Below the pieces are notes generated by a model. The model saw nothing but the letters and a program-made list of their open reading frames with translations, did not search any database and was not told where the DNA came from. A stretch of DNA of 62,717 nucleotides, filler included, from Choristocarpus tenellus KU-1152 (taxonomy: Eukaryota; Protista; Phaeophyceae), in assembly GCA_964200185.2 (NCBI GenBank). It is 8 parts of 8 records of this genome, joined end to end, with 100 filler letters (N's around TTAATTAATTAA, not from the genome) between each part and the next. Parts side by side here need not be neighbours in the genome. Positions count along the whole stretch, not along the records: positions 19,008 to 29,773 come from CAXNAD020002725.1; positions 29,874 to 40,854 come from CAXNAD020002587.1; 6 more parts are not named here. The stretch is one strand, 5' to 3'. Below, piece by piece: positions 25,523 through 39,766 of the stretch; position 1 is the first letter of the stretch; the number at the start of each line of letters is the position of its first letter. Both the position numbers and the translations under genes were made by a program.

Positions 25523-28500
25523 AGGAGTCCTTTTGATCACTTCCAGATATTAGAGTGGCAACAGTAATGCGTTCATGTGATAATAGAGGGAAGGAGGAAG
25601 TGGGTTGCGTGTGACTTGATTAATTATTTTTATTTTTATTTTCGCTCTTCTTATTATGAGAAGATCAGTTATCTTGGCACGGGTAGGATGTGAAGCGGAG
25701 TGGTGAACCCGCTTCATGTACACACCATGGATTTTTTGGGGAATGATGATGTGGGCGGTTTGTACTCTCCTGGGGACTATGTGACCACTGTTCAGTTTGA
25801 TAGACGTGCTGATTTTGAACGATGTTGATATTCTAACAAGAAATATGCCAACAGTGTAAAAAAGTGGTTGGACCTGTTGGGCTCTTTCTTTATGGTGCTG
25901 TTCTATTGATGTAAAATCTTCATTTTGTGGCATGCCCGCTTACCCATGAACGTTAGATAGCATAGCTCCTATTGTTGAAGTGAGAGTTTTTCATCCTATT
26001 CTAGTCTGCATGGTACTGTTCTTGAGCACTTTCGTAGCTGTTGTCTTGTGGATGGAGGCAAAATTGTGTGCCAGAAGGTGATATGTAGTACTCCAATGTA
26101 TATTTGTGTTGATCCAAGACATATTAGTGTATGTTAAGGTAGTAGGCGTTTTTGAGATAGGATTGATGTAGTATCATTGTTTTGTAAATATGCTTGCTCA
26201 GTGAGTAGCGTAATACTCTTGTTGGATGTGGTCATTGATATTCAATAATGCTCCTCGTAAGACAGACTCGTTTTCTCTCAAAGTTTTCCTAAGCGAGTAA
26301 TCGAGAAGGCGGATCGGTTTTTCAGACACGTGAATTTTTGTGTGAGGTTTTGGAAGTTGATAAGAAAAAGCAGTAAATGTAGTAACAACTACTTCTGTTC
26401 CAAGGTGTTAGAGTATCAGAGTACCATTGGTACATACTGGCTTCTTACACAATATTATCAGTAATATGGAAAGTATGGCAGGGCAAACTATATACTGATC
26501 GAAACATGAGAATTCTATTATAGACCACTACTACTATCTGAGGTACCTCCATGTGTTTTCAGTGCATCTTCATGTAAATGTTATTAAGCTAACCAAAGGT
26601 GCACCGATTAGAGGTCTACTCCCTCTCTCAACTCGCTATAGAAATGCAACCAGTTTCTCACTACATACTGCGATCATTATTGACTCTAACTAGAGCCCAG
26701 TGCTGTCAAGGAAGGTAAGAAAATTTATTGTTCTGGTCCCATTTTCCCGAAAGTGATCTCGCTCTGCTTCCAATTTACCGAAAGATCGTTGAAGGAGTTG
26801 TACTTACTGCTTGTTGCAGCAGAGTATGAGGGCTCACTACTTCCAATGCCTGTGTGGGTTGATTTTAGCATGGAGGGCACCAAGTTACCATGTCAAGAAG
26901 AGATCCTGATGGACCAGGTTACATCAGTTAATGGATTCTTCACTCAACAAAGTAAGTGAATTCACATTCGGATGGTGATATCCTGGACGGGAAGCAGGTC
27001 GCCTAGCGAGGCCTGTATCAAGGAACTGTGTTATCCTCTGTGCCACATTTTTTTTAGCACAGATGGGGAACCCCTCAAACAAGCTATCTCATCATAACAA
27101 TAATAGTACAGTAGTCAATATTTGTTTCGGTCAAATCTTCACACTTCTCAGAAGATTTATATATCCAAAGTGGAGAAGAAAGTGGGACTAGGTGGAGTCC
27201 CCTAGAATGGAATAGACTACCTCTATTTCGATCCAAAAATTAGGAGACTCGGACACTATTCCCAAATCCAACAGAAATTACGTTGGGTTATATATTTTAT
27301 CCTCTTCCTTAAAACAAAATACGTAACTGTAAATTCCAAAACAATGCGGTCGAATGAAGGGACTCAATTTGTAGATTTCTTGATTATATTTTTCTTCGCT
27401 TCTTTCAAAAATATTTCTTTTTGAGAAATGGAAGCAAAACTGGTCATGGAGGGATTTGAAAAAGGCACTTTCTTCTTCCACTAGAATTTCAAACCTCATA
27501 CACAAAACCTTACAATCCTGATCCTTCAACTAGCTCAGAAAATAAAAATACGAAGTCTAAGATCACGGGGATATTTTGTGACACGAAGTATTATTAATCG
27601 TATTATTCTGCAACGACGTCGTCCACTGAGGGAAGGGTGGTGAAGAGAATCACTGGGCAAGCCAGACCAAGACGGAACTCTAACCAAGAAGAGGACGAGG
27701 TTGGGGTTGGACAAGTTTTAAAACATCAGGGAACTGTAGGGAACAAGGACTGAGGAATTGAGGAGGATGATGGTTCGGATGGTTTTATTATTTGCTCACT
27801 TTTTGTCTAGAGATTCTCCACTACCTCCACCCTACCTAGCCCTTGACCCATGCTTAGTTGGTTGTGTAGAATGTGGTCTTTCTTCTACCCTATGACGTAC
27901 ATAACAAGTTTCCAAGACCCAAGGAGGTTTGGCCAGGATGATGACAATGGTTGTGAAGGTGACTGTATCGGCATTTAAACAGCAGATTTCAAAAAATGAG
28001 GATGGAGTTTTTTATTGAGGATGGGCTTGACCCAAAATTGACCGGGAGAAAGTGTCGATATGTTATAATGACGGAGACTATATGTCTTCGCCCTCCTAAT
28101 CAGGATGCCGAAACCATGCAGATTTAGGCACTGGACCAGACCTACAAGCAGAGTCATAAGTTTGTTTACCTCGGAGAAACCATCAGTGACGATGGTACTG
28201 AGATCAGACGGACGATTCAGAAAGTCAAAGCAGCAGCAGCCAAGGTCACTCGAGCCGCCAACATCGCCACCGTCACTGTGTGCTGAATGTTGTTTTATTT
28301 GCGGACTTATTCTGTGCATCTTTTGCCCCTTCTCCTTCTTCCCTTCTCTTTAGGTCATCATACTTCTCTTCTCTTCTTTTCTCTTCTCTTCTCTTCTCTT
28401 CTCTTTCGATCTTTCTCCCTCTTTCTTCCGTTTTTCTTTTTCTGTCCTTGTTGCCGTTTCTCAAGGACCAGTGTGTATTGCCTTATTTGCACTACTTAGA

Positions 28501-29691
28501 CACCAGAGTTGTGGTGATGATGATGATGACGACGATGAGGATAATGATAATTCCATAATAATTGACGATAGCAATTACCAATAGTAATGAACACTAGTGA
28601 AATAATAATAGCAGCAATACCACCATCATCGTCGTCATAATACAAAACGAAATAGTAGCGATACTGATAATAATGGTTATAAAAATGACCCATAGTGTAT
28701 CTTACAACACCTCATCTCATCAAGACGCAAGTGGGCAATCTGGCCTAAACATTCCCCTCTCCAGGATACTATAGCCTCAAAATATACATATTTCAGATTT
28801 TTTTTGTTTTGTTGGCGGGCGATGGGTCATTACAGTCCACAGTTTCCCCATACCCTAACGTATTTTCAGGAAAAAAATGGTCAGGACATCTCGCATTCTT
28901 CAATTAATTGTTACCGAGTATCCGGACTAAAAACCGTAGCCCTCCACCATAACCAATAAATTTTCTCTATGAGCACATTGATCAGGCCGTTTAAATATCG
29001 ATGGTCTAACCAAGTGATTTTTTCATAATGTCAATGCCTATGAAAGTTGGTTGTTAGGGTTGGAGAGGGTGTGACGATAGTCATTCTTGGCATTGGTAAG
29101 GGTGTGACAGAGGTGAGGTTAGAGTGGGCAAGCTAATGATGCTGCTCTGGGGACTGATACCGGACCTCATGTCACTTCTGCACCTTGCAGCCTTGCCATT
29201 TCAAGTATCCTTAGAGCGTACGCTATTGATGTGACTTATGGTGGTTGAGGCCACCATGCACTGGAACTGGTCCTGACCTACCTGTCGCTTTTCCACGTGC
29301 CTACCTTTCCTACAGTGCTTTCATTTATCTGTTACAGGCAGTATGTCTTGATGGCAGTTTCATAAACGCCATTATGACCTTGAAGTCCTAGATTATATAT
29401 ATTTCTACTTCTTGACTATTTATAATTTAGTCATTATCGTGCCCCCAGCTGGTACAACTTTGCCAGTTCCTTTTATATGATGATATTGATACTTATGAAG
29501 GGAATGGTCCAAGTGAGAGATCCAGCATACTTGACGGCTTGTGCATCATGAGTCTTGTACGTGCATCAGCGCCATCTATATGCCTGTGGACTGGGAGCTA
29601 TGCATCTCGTGGAGGTAAGCAATGGAGCGTCCTGTAACATATCAGCCTTTCATATATCTCCTTTGCATCAACTTCAACCTAGTACTGTCCA

Positions 29692-29773
29692 GAGTCAAAG
29701 TATCTGGGGGGAGGTGTTGGCGTCCGTTTTTCACCCTTTTTTCGACTTTCACTTTTTTGGTATGATTTGGTTG
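29692..29773. mobile_element. MITE left end truncated by gap
   Basis: GAGTCAAAGTATCTGGGGGGAGG terminus running into the N gap. Orphan right ends lie just after gaps at 19008-19035 and 52158-52193. Confidence 0.65.
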
Positions 29774-30750
29774 NNNNNNNNNNNNNNNNNNNNNNNNNNN
29801 NNNNNNNNNNNNNNNNNTTAATTAATTAANNNNNNNNNNNNNNNNNNNNNNNNNNNNNNNNNNNNNNNNNNNNTTTTCCGCACCATTTTCGACCAAAACC
29901 ATCCTGAATAGTACGCTCCATCCTCAATTTTTAAAATCCACTGTTAGTGGTAGTAGTGTTGTGAAGTGTATCGATCGAATTAAATTGCGATTAATTGAAA
30001 CCAAAAATTGAGGTTTGATGTTCGAATGGTTTATTTCGGGTGAATGCGCCATCTCCTCGTGGAGGTCGGCGATTCGCGAGCATTATTGTTGGTGAGTGTA
30101 GGTATCAATTATTCATGTAATCATGTACATCCAAACGTGTTCAAAATGAAAAGTATCGACTCACAACTCCTCCACCAGGTATTTGCTAAAAATAAAGCAT
30201 TTACTTCGAAGTGAAACACAACTCTTTTTTTCATTGTACACTGCATCAATACTAAAAAAAAAGGTCTACACTACAGAACTGTAGTGGTAAATACAATCCA
30301 GTAGTTGAGGGTCAGACCAATAGGGTCTCTGACCTACAGAGGTGGTATGATGAGTGTTTGTCTGCTGGCACAATGAATTCCAAGGCTTGATAGCTTGTGT
30401 ACGCCATACTAAAGCAGCAGGTATGGTCACCCAAACCACCACCACCACCAAAGTCATTGTTGGTGAATGCTGGTTTCACCCTGTCTCCTCTTTTACTCTA
30501 TTTTTCTTTCTTCGCCTTTTTCATATTCTTTTTTAGGTGGTAGTGTATGGCACTTTTCTTCTTTCTTGCTTCTTTTCTTTCTTTTACTCCTTTGCTTTTC
30601 TTTTACCGTTTACAATTCTCGATTCCTTCTTGATCGGTATGTATCAATATTGCCTTCTTTTGAATTACCATCATGGGCTAGACAAACGTGATGATGTAGT
30701 GGTGGGTCTCATATACCAGTATTTTATTACCAGTATTTTTTATTACCAAT

Positions 30751-30940
30751 ATATTTTATTATTATGCCCTCTGACATTTTGCAGAAGTGTCAGGGGGGAA
30801 ACCAATGAAACTATATATCCAGTATCATTTTTCAAAGTTTGATGCATCAAAATCATTTATTGATAGTAAACCATATTTTATTTTTATGCCCTCTGACATT
30901 TTGCAGATGTGTCAGGGGGAAAACAAATGAAAACCATACA
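30751..30940. repeat. Dispersed ~70-bp repeat, two tandem copies here and a third at about 91-160
   Basis: TTTTATT(A/T)TTATGCCCTCTGACATTTTGCAGA(T/A)GTGT..GGGGG..CAATGAAA at about 95-155, 30755-30812 and 30877-30935. Confidence 0.85.
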
Positions 30941-32027
30941 TAAATCAAAACATATCAAAAGGTCAAATTTTTGATGTTTGATTTTCATGATCAAACATCA
31001 AAATATCATGATATTTTTTTGTTTAGTGTGAAATGCAATTGGTATTGGAAGTAAAAAAAGACGGAATTTCCCCCCTGTCGTTTCCATTCTCCACAGGAAG
31101 AGATGTATGTCCTTTCATGCAATGCAAGAAATAACCTTCTTACACTTGACATGAGAGTACAAGAGGTGGGTCAAGTGTGATGAAATTAATAATGCATTTT
31201 TTAGTATTATTATTGAAAATATACGCTGAACTTGTGTCATTCAGCTGGGTCACAGCCAGTGCAGTGTTTGGAGTGACACGAGCAAGGTGGGGAATTGATA
31301 CAAGGCCACATTGTCGAACTGCGGTTTGATTTCAGAAGGGATACTTGCCGTGCACTACGATGGGAAGGAGCAGGTTGGGCAAGGGTATCGGAAGGGAGGA
31401 GAGGAGGACGGTGCCCTCAAAACTGGAGAGGATATAGTACTACAATAAATGAAGTAGTATACAGGTATAGTGAAATCTACGAAAAATCGGGTTTTGTGTT
31501 CGTGTTTATCATCACATACCGGCATGAGATGAAGGGGCAGTGGGATGACTGTAGAGATGGTGGCAGCCACATAATATTCCATCCAACCCAGTATAGAGTT
31601 GGACATTGAATTTACCTAGTAACTGTACAGATTATGTGTCCTTGTTACAACCGGAGACAACAGTGTTGTTGGCAAACAACACCGTTGATACGACAGAACC
31701 AAGCCCAATGTAAATAAGTGTGTCACATGTACCAGACAGTGAATTATGAATGATTACTCAAGTGAGATTTCATGGGGTAAACGAGGAGTATAGAATTGCT
31801 ACGACACCAGTACTCTATTGGAGATACCTACTCTGCGTTACAGACCATCATCTTTGGCATTTGCCCTTCCAATGGATTCGCATCTGAGGATTGTGGAAGG
31901 TAGCAGGACATGCTCTACACCTTGACCAACTTCATACTACTGATCACATACTACGATTAAAGAACAAACTGGTTGGGCCTGATGTCAATAGCTTCTTTCT
32001 ATTCTTGACGACCGTGGACACATTGTA

Positions 32028-32343
32028 CGAGGGAGTGAAGTACATACCCACAATCATGTATGATTTCTGTGCATTTTTCAACGTGTTAGCACCTTGATTA
32101 TCGATGATACACTAATATCCCTCGACAAGAATGAGCCTTGACCTGTTGCTCCAAGTACCTCCACTAATGCAATACACGATGGTTTTTCTGAGGGGGTGAA
32201 GTACATGCCCACAATTTTGTATGATTTCTGTGCACATTTCAACGTGTTAGCACCTTGATTATCGATGATACACTAATATTCCTTAACAAGAATGAGCCTT
32301 GACCTGTTACTCCAAGTACTTCCACTTAGTACAATACACGATG
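32028..32343. repeat. Tandem duplication, period about 160 bp, two copies
   Basis: GAGGG.GTGAAGTACAT.CCCACAAT...CAACGTGTTAGCACCTTGATTATCGATGATACACTAATAT...CAAGAATGAGCCTTGACCTGTT...AATACACGATG at about 32029-32181 and 32190-32343. Confidence 0.9.
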
Positions 32344-34386
32344 TTTGTTCTACTTATAACAAATGCCACAAGTGTACATGTTCCTTGTATGGTACCTTGG
32401 GTGAGAAAGCACACACAGTAATTCAGCCATTTGTGTCTCCAACAGTGGAGGAAATCCACGTCTGTAACTTCCTGAAGATACGATACTACTTGTCTGAGTA
32501 GGAATTCGCCCTCAGATAGGAAGAACAGTGTGGGTATGTACTACCACGGGCTTGAGTCCCTCCTGAAAGATAGTTCACCCTTTCCACTTGTCTATGTGAT
32601 GTTCTGCGCATTTTCAACACTCATAAACACGCTACTATCCACAACGTCCATTTCAATAAATGATTAGCAGAGGTGAGTCGATTAATGAAAACGTTGTCCG
32701 TCATCACCATTAAAACTAGATTAACTGATCGTAGTCAACCCTCAGGCCACATACTCACTCTACCACGACCGTAAAAAGAGCTCCCCCCAAAAGAATTTTG
32801 TGCATATGAGATCTCCACAAGTGTGGAAATGCTCCTTGAACTCCTCGCCATCCCACTCCACGTATGCAGCTCACTCTTCCTTAACCACCTTATCAACCAG
32901 TGTTTATACCATACTATACACTCTAGGCACTCACATAATGCGGTCAAGCCAAACAATAACCCAATGATGTAGAGTACCCCCTCACCTACTCTATGGCCAT
33001 CAATTTGTTCCTCCTTCTGGTTTCCTCTCAATGGCCATGGTAGAAATGTATGGTGCATATGCACATACTTCCGACAGCAAAGAGGTGATGATGGTTGCAG
33101 AAAGCAGAAAGGTTGATTCCTCCTCAGCATGCGTTATACTGACGATCCACAAGATTTGTATTCTTTGAAGAACATACATATATTATGTGTTGATACGGAT
33201 TTGTGTTCCTTGATGTGTTGGAGCTTTACACATTCCTCCTGTGTGAATATGCATGTGGTAATGTGTTTGATAAGTATTGCTAAACAACACTAGTCTTCAA
33301 TTGCGATCTTCATATCCTTGAGTTCAGCCTCTTTGACTTGGCAATGGTCCTTTACTGGGTTGAAGCTTTCCAGGGGGAGCTACTGGAGGTTGCAAAGGGT
33401 GAGAGGGAGTTACTGGAGGTGGGAAAGGGTGCGAGTATGGATGGCAAATGCCATGCCATGGATTAGGACAGGACTTGACTCAAGGGAGTGCGAGCATTCT
33501 TGTGGATTCGATTGCCCTCTCTTTCCCGGACAGAATGAGAAACATACGTCTTTTCGTCAAATGGGAAGGCTATGCGCACATTGCGAGGTACCGCGTTGTG
33601 GTAGGATTTGACAATCCTACTACACAGACAGTAAGCAAGAATCAACGTGCGTTACGTTTTTCATTAAGTTTGCCTCCCGTCAACACTCATAATGTTACCT
33701 AACCCTATCCTTAGTGACTGTCATACGACCCATCTTCCCAATCCAAATGGTGTTCATGTATGCTTCAGGTGGGGGTATTTGGCCCGGACACACAACTTGG
33801 CAAGCTTCCCCATGCAACATGCACCCCTCTTTTTCTAGACTCTGAGGTAAGGGCATGAGAACACCTGCAAATATGGGATGTACTTTCCATCCCCACAACC
33901 ATACACCAGAACATTAAAGTGCTTATCATTGAACAACTATCGCACCCTGACTCTATTTACACACTACTAGCGTCCTGAAATATAGTTGAAGGAGTCTAAT
34001 CAAACGCTCTTCCTAGCCCAAACATCTTTGAGCAGTCGCTTGTCTTCATATCCTTCATGATCCATCAGAGTCAATACCACCGAGAACAAACACAATTAAA
34101 TAGAGGAGATAATATCGAACCCCACGGAATAAAATCCCAAACAAACATGAACAAATTTGAAGTCCAACAAGATTGGGCTACAATAACACACAGGTGGTCT
34201 TGTAAACTCAGCAAAAAATCATCATGCGACCCTAAATTTTCCAAGTTAGATGAGGCATATGCCATCATTTTGCCCCTGGCCATATAAATTTCCACTACAA
34301 ATAGGTACCAGAAAGAGCCTTACCTTTTGAAGCAAAGTCTTTGCAAAGTCCTAAACGATCCTCCGGATTCAAAATGCCCAATTTTG

Positions 34387-34649
34387 GAGCCAAACTATCT
34401 TAGAGGGGGGAACTTATGTAGTTTGGGGGTCGAGGTGGATCTTTTTCTGATTTTTCAGGTTTACGTCCCTACATCATCCAATCCAATGACAAAATAACCA
34501 CCGAGAAGGTCTTTCTCCTACATTCACCAACTCCTGATGGGGGGTACTCGAATATTGGCCATGATATTTTAGGGTATCAGACATCACATGTTCAACACCT
34601 TTTGCAGAAAAATAGCTCAAATCCATCCCCCTCTAGGATACTTTGACTT
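34387..34649. mobile_element. MITE subfamily D (same TIR group, unrelated interior)
   Basis: GAGCCAAACTATCTTAGAGGGGGG ... CCCCCTCTAGGATACTTTGACTT. Confidence 0.7.
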
Positions 34650-35140
34650 CTTCTCTTTGTGCCATACTAATTAAATCTGATCTTAAGGCTGTCTCTTGTC
34701 GTTCAAGAAACTGGTGGGCGAAAGTCGCAAGGAGGGGCATACGATGCGGTATGGGTATGATGGCTGCCATATCCAACTCGTCGTTTAATCTGGCGTGGCT
34801 AGGTCTATACTGTATATCCACAAAAACCTAAAAATATAGGTGACAAGTCGGATATATAGGAACCATTACTTCCAGGTACAGGTACTTGCTCTGTGACGTA
34901 AACAAAACAGAACACAAATTGACTACATACTCAACCCGAGATTAATCGCACCGCTTCGATATATTTCCTATTTTTGCCGCACATCAATATACTTCAAGCT
35001 GTAAGAAATGGCCTAATGCACTAGCACTGCAACCTGCAATAACACAGGTTTGGATAAACCAATCAATGGCAATGCCAATAGTAAATCACAACGAAGAATC
35101 CATCATCACTACCTATTCATAGAAGTAAATGAAATGAGGT

Positions 35141-35451
35141 GACCAAAAGCAATTATGAGGATAGGACGTTTGCCCTGTTTGTCCGTTTGGGGTTTGGCTT
35201 CCCACGGGTTTTTATGTCCTTTTCGGTTTTCTGTATAAACACAATTACCTACTCCGAAATGTTTCGGAGTAGGTAAAATGCTATGAAAGGTGTGTCCGGA
35301 TCAAGGAATAAGGTACACCTCACTATTGTCCTATTTCGCAAAAGGATATGAACCTTCCTAACAAACGCGATAGCCAAAATCCATCAAAAGCACAACACTG
35401 GATTAATGACCCCAAACGGACGCGGCCCTCCCTTCTTAAATTCTTTGACAA
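35141..35451. mobile_element. MITE subfamily B, diverged copy with a perfect internal 15-bp hairpin
   Basis: Aligns with 40249-40508 (TTTGCCCTGTTTGTCC.TTTGGGG...AAGGTGTGTCC.GA...CCCCAAA.GGAC); hairpin TTACCTACTCCGAAA-TG-TTTCGGAGTAGGTAA at 35245-35276; left flank AGGT. Confidence 0.75.
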
Positions 35452-37173
35452 ATACACCCTGCTGCAGGTACGTCGGTTCATTCAGAAGGAGTGCGTAAGA
35501 TAAGATTGGTATGTATAAACAGGCTAGTAGTGTAGTACATGTTATCATGCTACAGGCAGTTGTACCTGTGCAGAGGAAAGCAGTAGGAGCGCAACCAGCT
35601 GTGGGTTATGTGCCATGAGCAATGTTCATAATGTGTTACGGGCGAATAGCGCGAGCATTTCTTCCCATGTTTTAGCAAACACGAACATTTGTGACTGACG
35701 TACAGTGTGAAGATTTTTTCTCGCGTTCTAACAAATGCGAACAATATACAATATTAGTAACACATATTTAGCCTCACAGAATAAATGATGATTTCATAGA
35801 AGATACAGATCAAGATTCGGAGAGATACGTAACATTACAGAAGAAAATGTCAAAGTCCCTAAGAAGTTGCAGAAGAAAGGTTTATGATTGGAGCACGTGT
35901 AGACCAGTTGCATAGAAGACCAAAGAAATTGGGTGGATGAAAATAATAAGAGGGATTTTGGCCGAAGCCATCCCACTTGCCTCTAGTCTTATCTTTTTAT
36001 CTTGAACGAAACTTTGAGTCGAGCTTTGAGCTAAGTACTGAGTGGAATATCAAGAAGAGAAGGACACCTGACACCCTACAAACTGTTATCAAGGCCAACG
36101 CCCCCATAGCGTCATTTTAAGGTCGTTGGATTTGAGTTGTACATCCTGTGGAGGTGAGTTCTGAGGGGCACGCTGTAACAAATGATGGTACTCATCACAG
36201 ACTTTGTCGTTGAAAGAATGGAGAGACGTAAACTACATAGACATTTTTCTTTCCTTTTCGGGATCTTTGTGTTTGTTCAAGTGTTCCTTGAACTGTTGTA
36301 TAAAATTGAATTGTACCTCCTTTGCTTTTCCCTGCTCTTGTCAACCATCTTAACAGCACAGAGCAACTGTAGAATGTCAGCAGGGCAGACTTGAAGTACT
36401 CAGCACACTTGTGCAGGAGGTGTGGAAAAATACCAAGTCCTCTCAAGCAAAGATTTCCATTCATTTTCTATATCCTTCTACTTTCAAAAAGGTTCAGGTC
36501 ATCATCTATACTCACCACTGCACCCCAATAAACAACGAGGACCGTCAGTGATGAGGTGCAGGCATCGTACTAAAAAACCGTCTGGATCCACTCAAGACAG
36601 TCACAAGACGTGGACGGGATGCCATCTTGTTCTCGCCCCAGGTAGCGAAAAGATGTCACAACGGAAAGAGGAGGAAATAGATGATAATCACGTACCAATG
36701 CCGAAAGGTGACAAATTTCCACGTTTCTATGCCATCAACGACGGGTCAGTAGATGCCCCAGAATACTGTGTAAACCGCCAATAAGACCTTGTACAGGATA
36801 AATGCAGGCTGGCCAAGAACGTTCGACTTCAAGACAAGGAACGATTCCTGGAGAAAAACGAGGTGGACTGGTTGAGGTGGTTTTACTTATCTTCTGCTAG
36901 GAATCGCAAATGAGCATGAATATTGCACAGATGCATGAGACAAGTAGGCAAGAGATACACCTCATTCCACTGATTAAATACCAGAAGTCCTTAGTTGGAA
37001 TGGACATGTTTGGAATAAAATTCCCATTTTCAAAATACACATGAGAATTTTCATGGGCAGTATCAGAGGTGAAGAATGGGTTAGTGGATTAGTCAGTCAA
37101 ACAAGAAACCAACCGAAAAGAGGTGCATAGTCCACACAAGTTGGACGCAAGTATATTGCTACACTTTCCGTCA

Positions 37174-37423
37174 GATCCAAAGTATTTAAGAGGGTAGGGG
37201 GCCGTGTCGTTTGGGGCCATCAATCCAATGTTGATTCATTTTGGCTATTGTGTCCATTGGCAGGTGTCAATATCCTTGCTCCAGACACACCTTTCATAGT
37301 CGTACACATTTCAGGTAACTGTGTTCACACTAAAAACGGAAAAGGGAATAAAAAACCTGTGGGAAGCCAAGCCTCGAATAGACAAACAGGGCAAAACTCC
37401 TACCCTCTTAATTGCTTTGACTC
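37174..37423. mobile_element. MITE subfamily B in reverse orientation, 4-bp TSD GTCA
   Basis: GATCCAAAGTATTTAAGAGGG ... CCCTCTTAATTGCTTTGACTC, with GTCA at 37170-37173 and 37424-37427. A further partial B end at about 37461-37521 interrupts the adjacent transposase. Confidence 0.85.
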
Positions 37424-37521
37424 GTCAATATGATCTCAGCCCGACAGTCATAAAAAGACTGCAGGAAGCCAAGCCCCGAACTGACAAACAGGGGAAAACT
37501 CCTACCCTTCCATATGCTCTG

Positions 37522-38760
37522 GGTTCGACCTCGAAATCGTTACCCACCTCATGGTTTGAGCTCTTGCGTGTACCTCTTGAAAAGGCTCTGCCACACACCC
37601 TCTCAAGTGTCTCACTGTCGTACTCATTGAACATTGCCGAAACACCCCAAACCATCTCGTGTGGTAACCCTCCTTCCAGACTCTACTTTTGAGGGACATG
37701 AATACCTAAGATCGTTAACATTCAGGTCTGGTGATTGCGCTGACTGCATCACAAGCTTGATATCCCATCCCCCCTCCCTGCTGGCCTCCTTGAGCTTCCG
37801 TGGTGTGTCATGACCAGTGCGAGGCATGGTGCCGTCCTGCTTCATGATTGTATATTCACGATGTAACCAGGGCATCTTGCCTGTTTGATCGTTGGCAGAA
37901 GAGTCTCCGTGTACCATCTCTGGTACTATACACGGTCAATCGTTACATCGCACTTGTACTCCTCGCCTCTGGTGAGTCGCACTGTGGTCGGCTGGGCCTC
38001 CTTCACCATGCACACCTTCCAGATCTTGATCTTACGGTCAAAGTTATGGGATGGATCCGGGCACAAAATAGAAGAGATTGAACATGACTCTGAGGGTGTG
38101 GCTCTGTGCTGTACCTTGGTTGATCCCATCTTTTCTTCTACAGGGAACATTCGGACCTCCTGCCTGTCGCAGATGAGGTAGAACCGTGTTTCATCATGGA
38201 CGGTGTTGCAACAGGCCCTGTATATCTTCCGGTCCCAGGCAACTTCATACAAGCAGAAGTCTATCCATTCCTTCCAGTGGAAAAACAAAAGCTTCAGGAT
38301 AACTCGTCCAAGTTCCATTTTTGTGCCCATATACTACAGCCAGCGGAAGAGTGTTGTAGAACCCACACTGAGACCAATCTCGTCAAGCTTGGATGGAGAG
38401 CTGTCTCAGCGTCAAGGTGCGGTTCTCCGCGTTGATTTCCTGTATCTTCGTGGTCTTTGATGTGGTGAAGTCTGAGGGCCGAATTGATCTTTGTCTTGCC
38501 GTCAGGTCGAACGTGTGCCCTTCAGCAAGCTGTTCGGTGACCCGTTTCCAGAGGTGCCCGGGATAGTTCTTGCTGACCATCAACTCCTCCGCCAGGGCGC
38601 CCCAAATGCCTTTGGGTGTGTGCTTTGCCCCTGGAGGGAGGTCCATGGCATACCTCACAGCGAGGGCATAGAAACTGCCTTCACTCAGCTGGCATCCCAT
38701 TTTGCGTGTTGTGGGGCTCTCTGCACGACCTGATGGGCTATGCACGTCACCTGTGGGACT
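37522..38760 (-). mobile_element. Mariner-like (plant DD39D-related, here DD40D) transposase pseudogene
   Basis: Frameshifted fragments: N-terminal ...GHTFDLTARQRSIRP...INAENRTLTLRQL, TVHDETRFY, FDRKIKIWKV, KQDGTMPRTG...WDIKLVMQSAQSPDLNVNDLRY, GNDFEVEP. Confidence 0.88.
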
Positions 38761-39766
38761 CTCGGGCTCACTACTAGCACCCCTGAGGTGGCCGTATCTG
38801 TTCTAAGGTGCTTGTTATTCTTTGAGGTGGTGGGGACAGTAGTTTGTGCCTTCGAGAGCCCGTAATTTCCGCCTGAAGATGTCCGAAAAAAACATTTTTC
38901 GGTTTACTTTTCAGAACTGTTCAGGGCATGTAGTAGAGTATTTCTTTTTCATACGAGGTGCTAATTTTGTTCCGAATCCTTCAAGATCTCAAGATATGCG
39001 ACTCTGAAACATAATCCAGCAAACTAATGGAACAGAGGGAGTACATATTACTAATACTACGTACTTCATACTCACCACTCACTACATACACCGTGTATGC
39101 AAACCGTTCTTGTACCACTTCAATTTGTCACCAATGTGGTGTGGTACAGAAAATCGGTATAAACCCCTATTTCGTTCAGTGCCTCATTGCTACAAATAAT
39201 TTGAGTGGTGCAGCATTGCAAGCTGTGTCACTGTGATTATCTGTCAAGATAATGAGGACAGTTTGAGCTATGTGACACACGACATACCACTTGATAGTGG
39301 CGCATACGTAACTACCATGACAGTAAGTCCCTGTACCGAACTCCATATAAGTTGCAGAGGTCTCGCCCAACCAATAATATATATATATATACATTCCCTA
39401 CCTGCCTACCTTACACGATTTTTGTAGCCTGTAATCATTACAAATTCAATCCACACCATGTCAGGACGGGAATAAATCCCTAGAACGTGGAACAGCACCA
39501 TATAGCGCATGCTGTAATTGGTCAGCATCACACACAAAATTGCCCACTTCCATTTTCATCATTTTCCTTGCACCTACAGGCGGTCTAACACCACATCCAC
39601 TTGTCCTGCTCACTCAATATCTTTCGGATTGGGTAATATGCATAATTTCTATAGTCGCTGGATTCTAATCACTAGCCTCTATCATAGTACAGTTTTGTCA
39701 TACCACCTTCTCTGAAATCTATAGTCCTTCGAAGGAACGTACATTGCCCTCCACACTGAGAAATAA

